64,000 bases of DNA, from positions 673 through 64,672 of the IMG/VR virus record IMGVR_UViG_3300046791_000095, one strand, 5' to 3'. Every line of letters starts with the position of its first letter. Positions within the stretch are counted from its first letter, which is position 1. This stretch comes from a virus (Duplodnaviria > Caudoviricetes). The position numbers and the translations under genes were made by a program. Below, piece by piece: positions 36,510 to 46,057 of this stretch. The notes below the pieces were generated by a model. That model did no database searches. It was not told the DNA's origin and saw only the letters and a list, made by a program, of their open reading frames with translations.

Positions 36510-38216
36510 CTACTGGTAGGTTGGATGATAGAACACAGCGTCATCGTCGTACGAGACTGCGTCGCCTTCGTAGAACACGTTGGCAGAAGGACCGTAGATC
36601 GTACCGTCCGACTGAATCGCTGCGACGACGGCATTGCTGCTATTGACTGCTTCGAGGAAGTCTCCGGTCTGACCGGCGCGGCTCGTCTGGAGTTTCAGTA
36701 CGACAGAGCCATCGGCACCAGCCGTACTCGTGTTGAGGATTCGACAGACCGAAGGAGTCGTCTCGGGAGCCGGAAAAGCTCCGCTTGCACCACCAGCCTG
36801 TCCGTTCGAAATGAGCGTGTAGGCCGAGGAGATGCCAAAGCGAGTGAATGGAGAGAAGCCGCCCGAGTTGAGGAACCATGAACGCTGTCCAGCGATCAGA
36901 TCACCGAGACACATGAAACGACTGTTCACGAGCGTGTCGCCCCAGGCCGTCACGTTTCCAATGCCCATGTAGTTGAAGGTATCCGTACCGGTCATCTGGA
37001 ATACCGAGAGCGTACCGCCCGCAGGATTCGATGCATCAATCAAACTCTGCGGAGTCGTCCCGGTGCAGAGGAACAGCTTGCCGTCGTGGCGGAAACCCCC
37101 CGAAGGAGAGTTCATCGCCTTCGTAGGATCGCTTCCAATAGACTGGTCAGCGATGCCGAAAGCGACCTCACTCCCGTTCGTGCCCTCGACGATCATTGTT
37201 GCAACACCCGTCGCCTCTCCGACTCGACGAGCTACGATCAAAGACCCAGGAATCTGGGCCGGCGATGCGTTGCTTCTGAAGTTGAATGGATCGTCATTGA
37301 TCCCGACCCGCGCCGTACCTGAGAGTCCCGAGCCAGTCCAGGTGTTGAAGCTCATGTACGAGAAGAGTGCATGGAGGGAAGTCCCGGTTGCGCCGTTCGT
37401 TCCCGTGAGGGCCATGCTGTCCGATCCAGGACCAGCCTCGACGAACGCTCGGATGAGGGCTCCGATTGCCGTCTGTGCAGTGATTCGGATCGCACTTCCC
37501 TGTCCGCCCGACAAACTGCTTCCGATGATCTGAAGACCATTCGTGGTTCGGAAGACCATGTCGGTTCCAGAACCATTCGTCTCGATGGCGAGATCGAGTA
37601 TGTGGTAGAACGTCAGCGTCTTGGTCCCGGTCGTGATTGAGGAGGAGACCGAGAGACTTCCATCATTCGTGATCGAGGAGATCAGTGTCCCCTCGGTAAC
37701 GCCAGACCCTCTCACGCCCATGCCGACAGTGAGGGCAGCAAAGCCGTGCGTAGCGTGCGTGACTGCCGTCGTGCCATTGCAGATACAGTTCGTTACGTCA
37801 GTACCCGGACCTTCCCACCGCTGCATCTTCTCGACGGCCGAGTGCTTCTGATGTAGCCGGTAGAGCGGAATCGTGTTGAGCCCGATGCGCTGGTTGGCCT
37901 CATCGTACATCGAGGTCTTGGCATTCCCGAGGTAGATGAAGCCCTTCGACGTAGCAGCGGTTGAAGAGAGCACGAGGTTCTCTGCCGAGTTCACACCGCC
38001 GAAAGCGATCTGACCGCCAGAGAGACCCGGCTTGTAGAAGAACTTCCCGGTATCCACAAGGGGATTTCCGGACCCGTCCGGTGCTTCACCGCGAGTTACC
38101 GACGCGAGTCCCTGAGAAGCGGACGTGGATGACCGATTGAGACGCTGAAGCGTCTCGTACAGCCACCCAGGACACTCCTCAGGATCGCGGGGAATTTGGA
38201 ACGGTACGTACGTCAT
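36510..38216 (-). CDS. tail fibre/spike protein
   Basis: Gly/Ser/Thr-rich; RIGLNTIP.YRLH and RVGIN repeats; GM.V.G.G...GT module. Confidence 0.7.
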   Translation of the reverse strand: MTYVPFQIPRDPEECPGWLYETLQRLNRSSTSASQGLASVTRGEAPDGSGNPLVDTGKFFYKPGLSGGQIAFGGVNSAENLVLSSTAATSKGFIYLGNAKTSMYDEANQRIGLNTIPLYRLHQKHSAVEKMQRWEGPGTDVTNCICNGTTAVTHATHGFAALTVGMGVRGSGVTEGTLISSITNDGSLSVSSSITTGTKTLTFYHILDLAIETNGSGTDMVFRTTNGLQIIGSSLSGGQGSAIRITAQTAIGALIRAFVEAGPGSDSMALTGTNGATGTSLHALFSYMSFNTWTGSGLSGTARVGINDDPFNFRSNASPAQIPGSLIVARRVGEATGVATMIVEGTNGSEVAFGIADQSIGSDPTKAMNSPSGGFRHDGKLFLCTGTTPQSLIDASNPAGGTLSVFQMTGTDTFNYMGIGNVTAWGDTLVNSRFMCLGDLIAGQRSWFLNSGGFSPFTRFGISSAYTLISNGQAGGASGAFPAPETTPSVCRILNTSTAGADGSVVLKLQTSRAGQTGDFLEAVNSSNAVVAAIQSDGTIYGPSANVFYEGDAVSYDDDAVFYHPTYQ

Positions 38217-38225
38217 TGGGACCTC

Positions 38226-41200
38226 TTAGCTCTCGTTGCGATTCGAATCCGGGAAGCCCGCTTCACTGAGAACGTAGGTGAGCGTGTGAATCCGCATGTT
38301 CACTCCCAGATCAGCCCAGGTGAGAGTATCTCCGTTGCTGTCGAAAGTAAGAGGAACCTTCTCGATTTGGATTTCAAAACCACGACGCATCTTCGTGTTG
38401 TTGTAGCTGGCCAAGTCTCCAACGAGGGTAGAGATGTAGTCAGTACGAAGACCCTTGACAGCTTCTCCTAGGCCGCTCCCTCGTAGGGTTACTCCGAGGG
38501 TTCCGGTGTCGAAGGTCAGGGTAGCAGACCCACTCGCGTTGGCTGCCCGAGAGATCGTGATGCTGCTGCTGCTGGCTTTCGAAACGACGATGGTCCCCGG
38601 GTCGATTCCAGTTCCCAGTACGCGCATGCCGGGCAGAACCGAGGCGAAAGCTGCTGACGAGGTCACCGTCGTCGTGTTGATTACGGTAGTTGAAAGTGCC
38701 GTCACAGAGTTCGATCCGAAGGGAGCGAAGTGCAAGTAGACCTTCTCACCGAATCCATCACGGTCGAGAGTGATCGGGTAGAACTTACGAGTCCGGATCA
38801 GCGGAATGATCTTCACGTCCACTGCGGACGCGGTCTTTCCGTCTCCGTTGGCGGAGTCATCGTTCAGACGGGCTTGATAGCCCGAAGGAATCGTGAGGCC
38901 GCTATCTTCGACGTAGACCTTGCCATCTGCTTCATGGCCGGTGAAGATGTACGGAGTTCCGTTGAGGTATGCTTCGCAGGCTGAACGGGCAGAGGCGACG
39001 CTTGGACCCACCGCAGGCATTCCCGAGTTGTCCTTCAGCTTGTCGGCCTGATAGCAGAAGTACATGACACGAGTGTTCTTGTTGTGGGTAGCGCCGGCTG
39101 GACAGTAGAAGAGGGCGAGCCACTTCTGCTTTGGGTACACGCGAAGAACGGCCGTACCGAGCGCCGAGATTTTCACCGTGTTCTCCCAATCGAGGTCCAG
39201 ATTCAGAGGCATCGTCCAGATACCGTTCGTGAGGAACATGCCGACCGTCGAGGCGTAGGCAAGCATGATTCCCTTGCCCGGCATATCGAACTTCACGCCG
39301 CAGAACGGCCCCGGGATACCGTGATCCGTCGCAACGTCCTCATGAGCCAGACCGGTGTCGAGCTTGGTGTCCGACTCCTTGGGCAGGTAGTTCACCCGCT
39401 TGATCGAGTTCTCCATGCCAACAAGGAGCATGCCGTTCAGAGTCTTGATGAACGTCACCTTGTCCTTCTTACGCGTGTTGAACGTAAGCTCGTACGGCTT
39501 CGGCCACGCCTCCGGATCACCTGGGAGTGAGAAGCGAATCTGGTTCTCCTGAATCCGGTTGTTGAGAACGAACGAACCCTGAAAGAAGTCACCCGTCGTT
39601 GGCTGTGGGGGAAGAAGACGGGCCGGGTCACTGATCGTGGTTCCCACCTGATCCTGATACGTCACTACACGGTACGCGGGACCATTGAAGTCCACGTTCG
39701 TAGTCGTGTAGTAGATTTTGATCGCAACACCATCGAGGAAGAGCGCGTCCTTGTGCCCTCGGTTGGCGATGCCTACTTCCACTTCGAGGTTGGGCGTGTC
39801 AGCAAGAACCCACGCAACACCCATCGTGTCCATCGGACCACCGTGGTAGTTGGTGTGATTCCCCTGCCCACCAAATTCTCCATAGTACGTATCGGTGGAC
39901 TTCGTTGCCCCGGTCGTCATCAGACGTACCCAGTAGCGCGCGGTCGGCGTGGTGTCACCGCTTGGGTCCGCATAGCCACGGACTTGCAACTCGATACCGA
40001 AGATCAGCTTGGCCAAGTACGCTCCGACCACTGAGAATCCGTAGGTCGTGAGTCCGTTCGCAGCATTGTCCGGCATGTTCTTGTTCGAGCCGCCGACCTT
40101 ACTCGCAGCGTCCGAGTTGTCGAAGACCCCAAGCAGCCGCTCGGCAGCCCCGAACTCAGGACGACCAGCCGCAGTCCGCTTGGCGGTTGGGTACTTGATC
40201 TGGGTTAGCGTGTTCTCGGTGAGCGTGAAGGTTGCCCCGGCAGCGAAGGTCGTGATCGGAACCGTCGCACACCGACGTAGCTGAGCCAGCGAGGGAAGGT
40301 CCGTGGACGGACCATAGATGTAGACTCCCCAGTGAGTGGCGATGTAGCCGTCACGGCCATCATTGGTCACAGCGGGGAACGTGATGAGGATGTTGTCACT
40401 CGCCGGAGTCACAATAGTGGCGCCGATGGGCAGACCGATACCAGACTGGGAACCATTGTCACCGGTAGTCGAATTGTCGGCCGCAAGGTAAGACGACTCG
40501 ACAATCTGAGACCGTAGAGCCGGGTCCTTCAAGGCAGTCGCGATGTTCGCTTCCGGAGAGAAGATTTCCGTGATCAGGAGCCAGTACTTGCCTGCACCCT
40601 TCACAGCGTTCCAGCCGGTAGCTTGCGCGGTCTGAACCGTGATCGTTGGTGCAGTTTCAACCGGTCTCAGACCAACTGGGCGAATCCCTAGGACAGAGCC
40701 GAGGGTGGCGTCGCTTGCAGTCGCGCGAGCTTTCCACTCGACGCACTGGAGATTTCCGATGCCGTCCCACATATAGTAGCGACGAGCACCGTACTGGACG
40801 AAGTCGAGAATCTCTCCGCCCGTGTTGTTCCAGTCGTAGACCGAACCGAAGGTGATGATGAAGTTGTAGTTTCCGTTTCCGCTCGCCGGAGCAACCGAGA
40901 GGGTTGCAGTTCGGTAGTGTCCAGTCGTGCCATCCTGATTCGAAACAGCCGTAATTCGGACGTTCGTTCCGATGCCGGTCCCGATGAGTCTCGCTCCGAT
41001 AGCCGTGATCAGAAATGGGTACTGGGTGAACGTCAGAGTCACAGTACCAGCAGAACCAGCCGTATCGAGCGTGATCTGGGTAGCACTGTCAACAGAGAGG
41101 ACACGCGTGCCGGCCGTGATCCCGGTACCACTCACGACCGCGCCCGGAGACACGTTCGAAAACGAGTTACTGGTCGTCACGACAGTGCTCGCAATGGTGC

Positions 41201-41624
41201 AAGAGGCCACCGTGAATTGCGTATCGAGAGTCGTACCAGTAACCACACCGAACCACCGACCCTGACCACCGATCTCAGTCGGAGAAAGGCCAGAGACGGC
41301 AGTGAAGTCTGCGCCATAGAGATGGAAGCCCGGGTAGGTCCGATCAGGACCACTGAACCACGTTGGAGAACCATCGGTGCGGCGAGTGAGTTCGACGAAC
41401 TGATCGACGTATGCACCGTCGAAAGAGAGATGTCCCACGCCCCGGATGTCGGTGCCAAGAGCCGTGGTAGTCAAGGCAGTACGGCCAGGAGCCCGCCAGA
41501 TGGACGGGTCCTTCTCGCGATACACACAGTCGTCGGCTCGCTGGAGTTCTCCAGAGTCGAGCATCGAACCAACGCGTGCGGTCACGATACCACCGTTGAG
41601 TAGTTCGGTCATGGGCTTTGGCAT
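38226..41624 (-). CDS. tail nozzle / tubular protein B-like structural protein
   Basis: 1132 aa beta-rich; IRFS.PGDPEAWP; three G..V.GTGI..GT accessory modules. Confidence 0.6.
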   Translation of the reverse strand: MPKPMTELLNGGIVTARVGSMLDSGELQRADDCVYREKDPSIWRAPGRTALTTTALGTDIRGVGHLSFDGAYVDQFVELTRRTDGSPTWFSGPDRTYPGFHLYGADFTAVSGLSPTEIGGQGRWFGVVTGTTLDTQFTVASCTIASTVVTTSNSFSNVSPGAVVSGTGITAGTRVLSVDSATQITLDTAGSAGTVTLTFTQYPFLITAIGARLIGTGIGTNVRITAVSNQDGTTGHYRTATLSVAPASGNGNYNFIITFGSVYDWNNTGGEILDFVQYGARRYYMWDGIGNLQCVEWKARATASDATLGSVLGIRPVGLRPVETAPTITVQTAQATGWNAVKGAGKYWLLITEIFSPEANIATALKDPALRSQIVESSYLAADNSTTGDNGSQSGIGLPIGATIVTPASDNILITFPAVTNDGRDGYIATHWGVYIYGPSTDLPSLAQLRRCATVPITTFAAGATFTLTENTLTQIKYPTAKRTAAGRPEFGAAERLLGVFDNSDAASKVGGSNKNMPDNAANGLTTYGFSVVGAYLAKLIFGIELQVRGYADPSGDTTPTARYWVRLMTTGATKSTDTYYGEFGGQGNHTNYHGGPMDTMGVAWVLADTPNLEVEVGIANRGHKDALFLDGVAIKIYYTTTNVDFNGPAYRVVTYQDQVGTTISDPARLLPPQPTTGDFFQGSFVLNNRIQENQIRFSLPGDPEAWPKPYELTFNTRKKDKVTFIKTLNGMLLVGMENSIKRVNYLPKESDTKLDTGLAHEDVATDHGIPGPFCGVKFDMPGKGIMLAYASTVGMFLTNGIWTMPLNLDLDWENTVKISALGTAVLRVYPKQKWLALFYCPAGATHNKNTRVMYFCYQADKLKDNSGMPAVGPSVASARSACEAYLNGTPYIFTGHEADGKVYVEDSGLTIPSGYQARLNDDSANGDGKTASAVDVKIIPLIRTRKFYPITLDRDGFGEKVYLHFAPFGSNSVTALSTTVINTTTVTSSAAFASVLPGMRVLGTGIDPGTIVVSKASSSSITISRAANASGSATLTFDTGTLGVTLRGSGLGEAVKGLRTDYISTLVGDLASYNNTKMRRGFEIQIEKVPLTFDSNGDTLTWADLGVNMRIHTLTYVLSEAGFPDSNRNES

Positions 41625-41634
41625 GGATTACCTC

Positions 41635-42576
41635 TTATCGGTAAGGATCAAACTGTCCGTTGCCCCAGAGTGGGCGACCGTAGTCACCGACTTCCCACTG
41701 CGACTTCATGCAGTTCTCGGCGTCGTTGTCGTCCGTCGGCTCTTCGTCAGTCTCGGCTGCTCCCTCGGAGGCTTCTTTGACCGAGGCTGCGTAACCTGCT
41801 GGATCATCCTGGGCTCGCTTGGTTTCGAGAAGGATGTTTCGGCAGTAGTCGAGGAACTGGTAGACGAAGTCATCGATCATGTCGATGTTCGTTCCGTTCG
41901 TGATGAACTTCCGATAGTACCGGAAGAGCATCGTGTCGTTCACATCAGGGATGCGATCAAACTTGATTCGAGTCGTTCCCTTGTTCTGCGTGAGGTCTGA
42001 GAACGTATTGTACGTGGTGTACTCGGATGGAGTTCCACGCACGGTCTGGTCGATGATGGTACGATCCCACCACCGCTGATCTCGCCACACGAGTGGGCGC
42101 TTGTTCGTTAGCAACAGTGCCGAGAATGCAGCACTGAAGTCGTTAGGCACACCGTAGTCATTGCTTCCCGCGATGATCGGAATGTTGGCGCTGAAGATCA
42201 TCACTGACGCCGACGAGGTGAGGGCGTTCTTATCCACCGTGATCGAAGATACGACACCGTCCGTTCCGCGCGTTACGAAGAGAACTGTTGCCGTTCCGGT
42301 GTAGGCAGAGGAGGTCAGAGTCTGTCCAACATTCACGAAGTCGAGATCACCTGCCGTGACGGGAGTGATCGTAGCAAATCCCGACAGAGGAGTAGCCGTG
42401 ATCGTGAAGGTGTTCGACGTGTCCTTCAGGAGGAATCGCCAGAACCGCTTGTTCTGCCAGTCCTGGTATCCTCGGAGGATAGCCTCGTTCGCCATGTCGA
42501 GAGATTCCTGGCTCTCGGCACCACCACCGATGATACGGGCGACGTAGATTCGTGCGTTGACAACAGTGATGGCCAT
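41635..42576 (-). CDS. head-tail adaptor / tail tubular protein A-like
   Basis: N-terminal helix ending W.FL, Y..P.DF, GTP..Y; position. Confidence 0.6.
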   Translation of the reverse strand: MAITVVNARIYVARIIGGGAESQESLDMANEAILRGYQDWQNKRFWRFLLKDTSNTFTITATPLSGFATITPVTAGDLDFVNVGQTLTSSAYTGTATVLFVTRGTDGVVSSITVDKNALTSSASVMIFSANIPIIAGSNDYGVPNDFSAAFSALLLTNKRPLVWRDQRWWDRTIIDQTVRGTPSEYTTYNTFSDLTQNKGTTRIKFDRIPDVNDTMLFRYYRKFITNGTNIDMIDDFVYQFLDYCRNILLETKRAQDDPAGYAASVKEASEGAAETDEEPTDDNDAENCMKSQWEVGDYGRPLWGNGQFDPYR

Positions 42577-42579
42577 GTG

Positions 42580-43866
42580 TTACCTCAGAGCAACTCCTAC
42601 CTTCTTGATCTGTTCGAGGGTAGGTTGCTGAATGATGGGGCGTCCGATTTCTCGGCGTTGACGTGCCCGTGTCTCTTCATAGAATTCGAAGAGGCCAGGG
42701 ATCGTCGCCTTTGGTGTGCGATTTTCCAAGACCCATCGTCTCGCCCCAGAAGCAACATGAGCGCGAAGAGCAGGGTCTTCGATGAGCCGAGAGAGCTTCT
42801 GAACGAACTCTTCGGGAGTGTCGTAGAGGAGTCCAGTTTCGCCATCGATGATCTCCTTGTATGGACCGAAGTTCGACGCAAGGGTGGCCTCGGGCTGTTC
42901 CCAGATGGAGCCTTCGTACCACTTGATGGCAGACTTGCCGGCGTTGAACATATTCTTCTTCAGCGGGCAGAGGTTGATGTCGATGTTCAGAAGACCACGC
43001 TTGAGCTTGTACGCGTCGTACTCGTTCCAAGCATGATGCTCAACCATGTGATCAGGGATCGTCTCGTGAATCCACTTGAACCACTCACCGTAGATCACGA
43101 ACTTCACGTTCGGATACTTCTGGCAAATGACCTTGAGGGCATCGCGGAGAGGGTACCAGTCCACCCAGTGGCTCATACCACCCTGCCATAGGATGCGAAT
43201 GGAGTCGTCTTCACGTACTGCACGAATTTTCTCGTAGTGCTCAGGGATGATCGTGTTCGGGAAGACGTAGACGTTCGGCTGGCCGATGACTTCCTTGAAG
43301 TACCGGGCGAGATTCGGGGTGGTCACGGTCGCACCGTGGCACGTCCGGATGATCTCGTGGCGAACCTTCATCTGGTGAAGGTTGCGTGCGATGTCGAACT
43401 TGAGCCCATCGAGGTGGGTCTCCTGATCGACGATCTGCCAGATTTTGTTCCCCTCGGCGTCGAAGATTTCCATGCCATCTCCTGGGGTCAGGAGGTGGGC
43501 ATCGGGATAACTGCGGATACCCATGCTTACGTAGCTCGTGTTGAATGGGTGAACGAAGTCATTGTTGTCGTCGATGTCGTAGATCAGAGCCGGAGGGTAG
43601 ATGTCGTTGCCATCACGGATCGCGGGCTTGATGTTTTTCAGGACCTGCATCTTGTGCAGGATCGATTCACCAGCCACTGCGTAGAAGTGCGAGATGTCAG
43701 AGTACATCTGTGCGATGTGGGAGTCGGGCGTACCACCCTTGTCCTCGAAGACCTTGGCTAGGCCGAACGACATCAACTGCGTCATTGGTGCTTCAATCCG
43801 GTAGTACGAGCAGGCGCTCCGCTTTCCGAAATTGAGGGTCCAGACGTGGAAGGGATTGGCAGACAC
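42580..43866 (-). CDS. glycosyltransferase family 4 (GT-B) within the virion operon
   Basis: YYRI..P, YDIDD, DINLCPL...FN.GKS.IKWYE, DGETGLL. Confidence 0.85.
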   Translation of the reverse strand: MSANPFHVWTLNFGKRSACSYYRIEAPMTQLMSFGLAKVFEDKGGTPDSHIAQMYSDISHFYAVAGESILHKMQVLKNIKPAIRDGNDIYPPALIYDIDDNNDFVHPFNTSYVSMGIRSYPDAHLLTPGDGMEIFDAEGNKIWQIVDQETHLDGLKFDIARNLHQMKVRHEIIRTCHGATVTTPNLARYFKEVIGQPNVYVFPNTIIPEHYEKIRAVREDDSIRILWQGGMSHWVDWYPLRDALKVICQKYPNVKFVIYGEWFKWIHETIPDHMVEHHAWNEYDAYKLKRGLLNIDINLCPLKKNMFNAGKSAIKWYEGSIWEQPEATLASNFGPYKEIIDGETGLLYDTPEEFVQKLSRLIEDPALRAHVASGARRWVLENRTPKATIPGLFEFYEETRARQRREIGRPIIQQPTLEQIKKVGVALR

Positions 43867-43885
43867 GGGTGACTCCTTTCTACAG

Positions 43886-44344
43886 TTAGTTCAGCTTGAT
43901 CTTCCCGCGCATGTCGCAGGAAATGCCTTCGGATTCGAAGTAGGAGAGCAGGGCGAAGAAGAAGTCCTTGTTCAAGCGAAGACAGCCCTTCTCATGATCC
44001 CACTTGTACAGCAGACCATCATCGCGAAGTTCTTCGCGCTCGATCCCAGTAACGGGGTCCTTCACGGTCTCATACTTCGCAAACATTTCGAGAACGAGGG
44101 TCCAGATTTCGGTGTCGTAGTTCGCGACGTGCTGAAACTTGCGCGTTGGATCGAAACCATTCGCACGGACGTATGCACCGAGGGCGCTCATCGAGTCCGC
44201 CATATTGCGGAACGCGACCCGATTCTCCGCCGTGCGACGGAGCTTGGGAACAGCCGACTGAGCCAACTTGACGGTGTCGCCAAGAAGGCTCAGTTCAGAC
44301 TGGTGCTGCGCTCTGATGCGAGTGATTTTGAGATCACCGCTCAT
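43886..44344 (-). CDS. hypothetical protein
   Basis: GGAGG RBS; 152 aa. Confidence 0.65.
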   Translation of the reverse strand: MSGDLKITRIRAQHQSELSLLGDTVKLAQSAVPKLRRTAENRVAFRNMADSMSALGAYVRANGFDPTRKFQHVANYDTEIWTLVLEMFAKYETVKDPVTGIEREELRDDGLLYKWDHEKGCLRLNKDFFFALLSYFESEGISCDMRGKIKLN

Positions 44345-44355
44345 GTACAGCCTCC

Positions 44356-44541
44356 TTACTTCTTGACTCCACTCACACGAGCGAGTCGGGGGTTGTTCTT
44401 CACAGCACGCTTCGACGCCTTGCGAGCGCCGGCAGCGACCATCGCCCGACCTGCGGCGAGGGACTCACCAGACTCTTCGGCCGCATGTTCCGCAGCAGCC
44501 TTGAACCCGATGTGCTTGGTAGTGGGATTGGACCGAGCCAT
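44356..44541 (-). CDS. small basic NP-motif protein (MARSNPT)
   Basis: Tandem array member. Confidence 0.65.
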   Translation of the reverse strand: MARSNPTTKHIGFKAAAEHAAEESGESLAAGRAMVAAGARKASKRAVKNNPRLARVSGVKK

Positions 44542-44542
44542 G

Positions 44543-44728
44543 TTACTTTCTCGATGCCGACGGGGTGCCCACACCCTTGACGATGTTCTTCGCCTTGCCC
44601 TTCGGAACGCGCATCGCAGCCGGATTGCCCGAATCAGTGTTCGAGGAATCAGCGACCGGATGAACGACGCTCTGGGAAATGGCCTTTCGGCTACCGTGAC
44701 CCATCACGGGATTGCCTCTCTTGCTCAT
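44543..44728 (-). CDS. small basic NP-motif protein (MSKRGNPV)
   Basis: Tandem array member. Confidence 0.65.
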   Translation of the reverse strand: MSKRGNPVMGHGSRKAISQSVVHPVADSSNTDSGNPAAMRVPKGKAKNIVKGVGTPSASRK

Positions 44729-44730
44729 GG

Positions 44731-44964
44731 TTACTTCTCCGCCTTGAAGGCTTTGTGGAGACGAGCGATGTGCTTTCGCGCCACTCGTGCTTCCGGTTTC
44801 TCCGCTTCACGGAGGTTCGCTGGCAGGAGCTTCTCGCCGTTTCGAGGGAACGGTTTGCGAATCTTGTCCCGGAGGGTGTAGACCGCGTCGTTCATCTCGT
44901 CACACATCTGCTCGTGCTTGTCCTGTTTCGGGATGTCCGAAATGGTTGGATTCTTCCGGGCCAT
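44731..44964 (-). CDS. small basic NP-motif protein (MARKNPT)
   Basis: Tandem array member; GAGGAG RBS. Confidence 0.7.
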   Translation of the reverse strand: MARKNPTISDIPKQDKHEQMCDEMNDAVYTLRDKIRKPFPRNGEKLLPANLREAEKPEARVARKHIARLHKAFKAEK

Positions 44965-44967
44965 GAC

Positions 44968-45192
44968 TTACTCCTCAGGACGAAGGGGTGGCTGCTTGTT
45001 GGCCTTGCGGGCACGCCGGACAGCTTCAGTCGCAGAGACCTTGTTCTTGGCCCCCTTCAGATAACTGGATTCCGTCTTGTCCATCTTGGTCCCAAACATC
45101 TGAGCCTTCATCTCCGGGTCCATGCCGGTCGAATCCACTTCCTGCGCGTAATTGCCCACACGCGCCACTGGGTTCCCTCGCTTGCTGGCCAC
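44968..45192 (-). CDS. small basic NP-motif protein (MASKRGNPV)
   Basis: Tandem array member; GTG start with GGAG upstream. Confidence 0.65.
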   Translation of the reverse strand: MASKRGNPVARVGNYAQEVDSTGMDPEMKAQMFGTKMDKTESSYLKGAKNKVSATEAVRRARKANKQPPLRPEE

Positions 45193-45194
45193 GG

Positions 45195-45455
45195 TTACGC
45201 TCCCGGCATGTCCGGAGTCGGGTTCGACTTCGGGCTGGAGCCGTAACTGCGCACGTCGCGACCATTCGCGAACGCGGGACTGGAAAACGAGGGATTGTCT
45301 CCGTCGTTCTCCTTCATGCTCACGTCGGGCATCGCATTGCCCTCTTCCTGAACGCTCATGTTCTTGCCGATGGGATTGGGCAGATTGTCGATGCCTGGCA
45401 TCACCGGCTTGAGATTCGCGCTGGAAGTCGTGATGGTTGGATTCTTCTTGGCCAT
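45195..45455 (-). CDS. small disordered NP-motif protein (MAKKNPT)
   Basis: Tandem array member; GAGGT RBS. Confidence 0.7.
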   Translation of the reverse strand: MAKKNPTITTSSANLKPVMPGIDNLPNPIGKNMSVQEEGNAMPDVSMKENDGDNPSFSSPAFANGRDVRSYGSSPKSNPTPDMPGA

Positions 45456-45471
45456 TGTTACCTCTTGAGAA

Positions 45472-45507
45472 CAGAAAGGGGAGGAAGAGTATGCACCCCT
45501 CCTCCCC
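45472..45507 (-). terminator. intrinsic terminator after the capsid-decoration gene
   Basis: GGGGAGGAGGGGTG-CATACTCTTCCTCCCC then TTTCTGTT on the - strand. Confidence 0.6.
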
Positions 45508-45513
45508 ACTGAG

Positions 45514-45993
45514 TTACTCGCCGATCTTCTCCAGGATGACGTTCAGGTTCACAGACCCGACCGTACGACCCGAAGTACCGACCACGTTCTTCACCGCAAC
45601 CACGACAGAGCCAGCAGCGAGGGCGCGGAAAACACCCACCCAGTTCGCAACCGCAGCAGCCGTCTTCAGGTTGAGAGTGGTATTCGCAGAAGCGTTCGAG
45701 TTGTTGAGATCGACCGCAGACTTCGTACCGACCGCATCGGTGTAGGTGAGCACGAACTGCCCGGTTTCCGTACCGGCGTCAGACGCGACGTTCACCGCCA
45801 TGTAGGCAGTCACGCGGTACAGACCAGCATCAGGGACCGTGAAGGTCGCCTTGTCGGTACCTTCCGTGACACCAGTGTTGGTCGCAACCGTGTTGATGAG
45901 TGTGGCAACCTGCTTGCTGAAACCAGACAGGGGCGAAGCGTAGGGAATGGTCCCGTAATTGAGAGGCCAGTTCCCCGAACCGAAATGAGGCAT
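45514..45993 (-). CDS. putative capsid decoration/cement protein
   Basis: Directly after MCP; beta-rich; GAGG RBS. Confidence 0.55.
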   Translation of the reverse strand: MPHFGSGNWPLNYGTIPYASPLSGFSKQVATLINTVATNTGVTEGTDKATFTVPDAGLYRVTAYMAVNVASDAGTETGQFVLTYTDAVGTKSAVDLNNSNASANTTLNLKTAAAVANWVGVFRALAAGSVVVAVKNVVGTSGRTVGSVNLNVILEKIGE

Positions 45994-46009
45994 GTTGAGT
46001 TCCTCGTAA

Positions 46010-46034
46010 GGGAGAGGCCCCGAAGGACCTCTCC
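46010..46034 (-). terminator. UUCG-capped hairpin after MCP (stabiliser or weak terminator)
   Basis: GGGAGAGGTCC-TTCG-GGGCCTCTCCC. Confidence 0.55.
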
Positions 46035-46057
46035 CCAAGTTGGAATCCCGTCAACTA

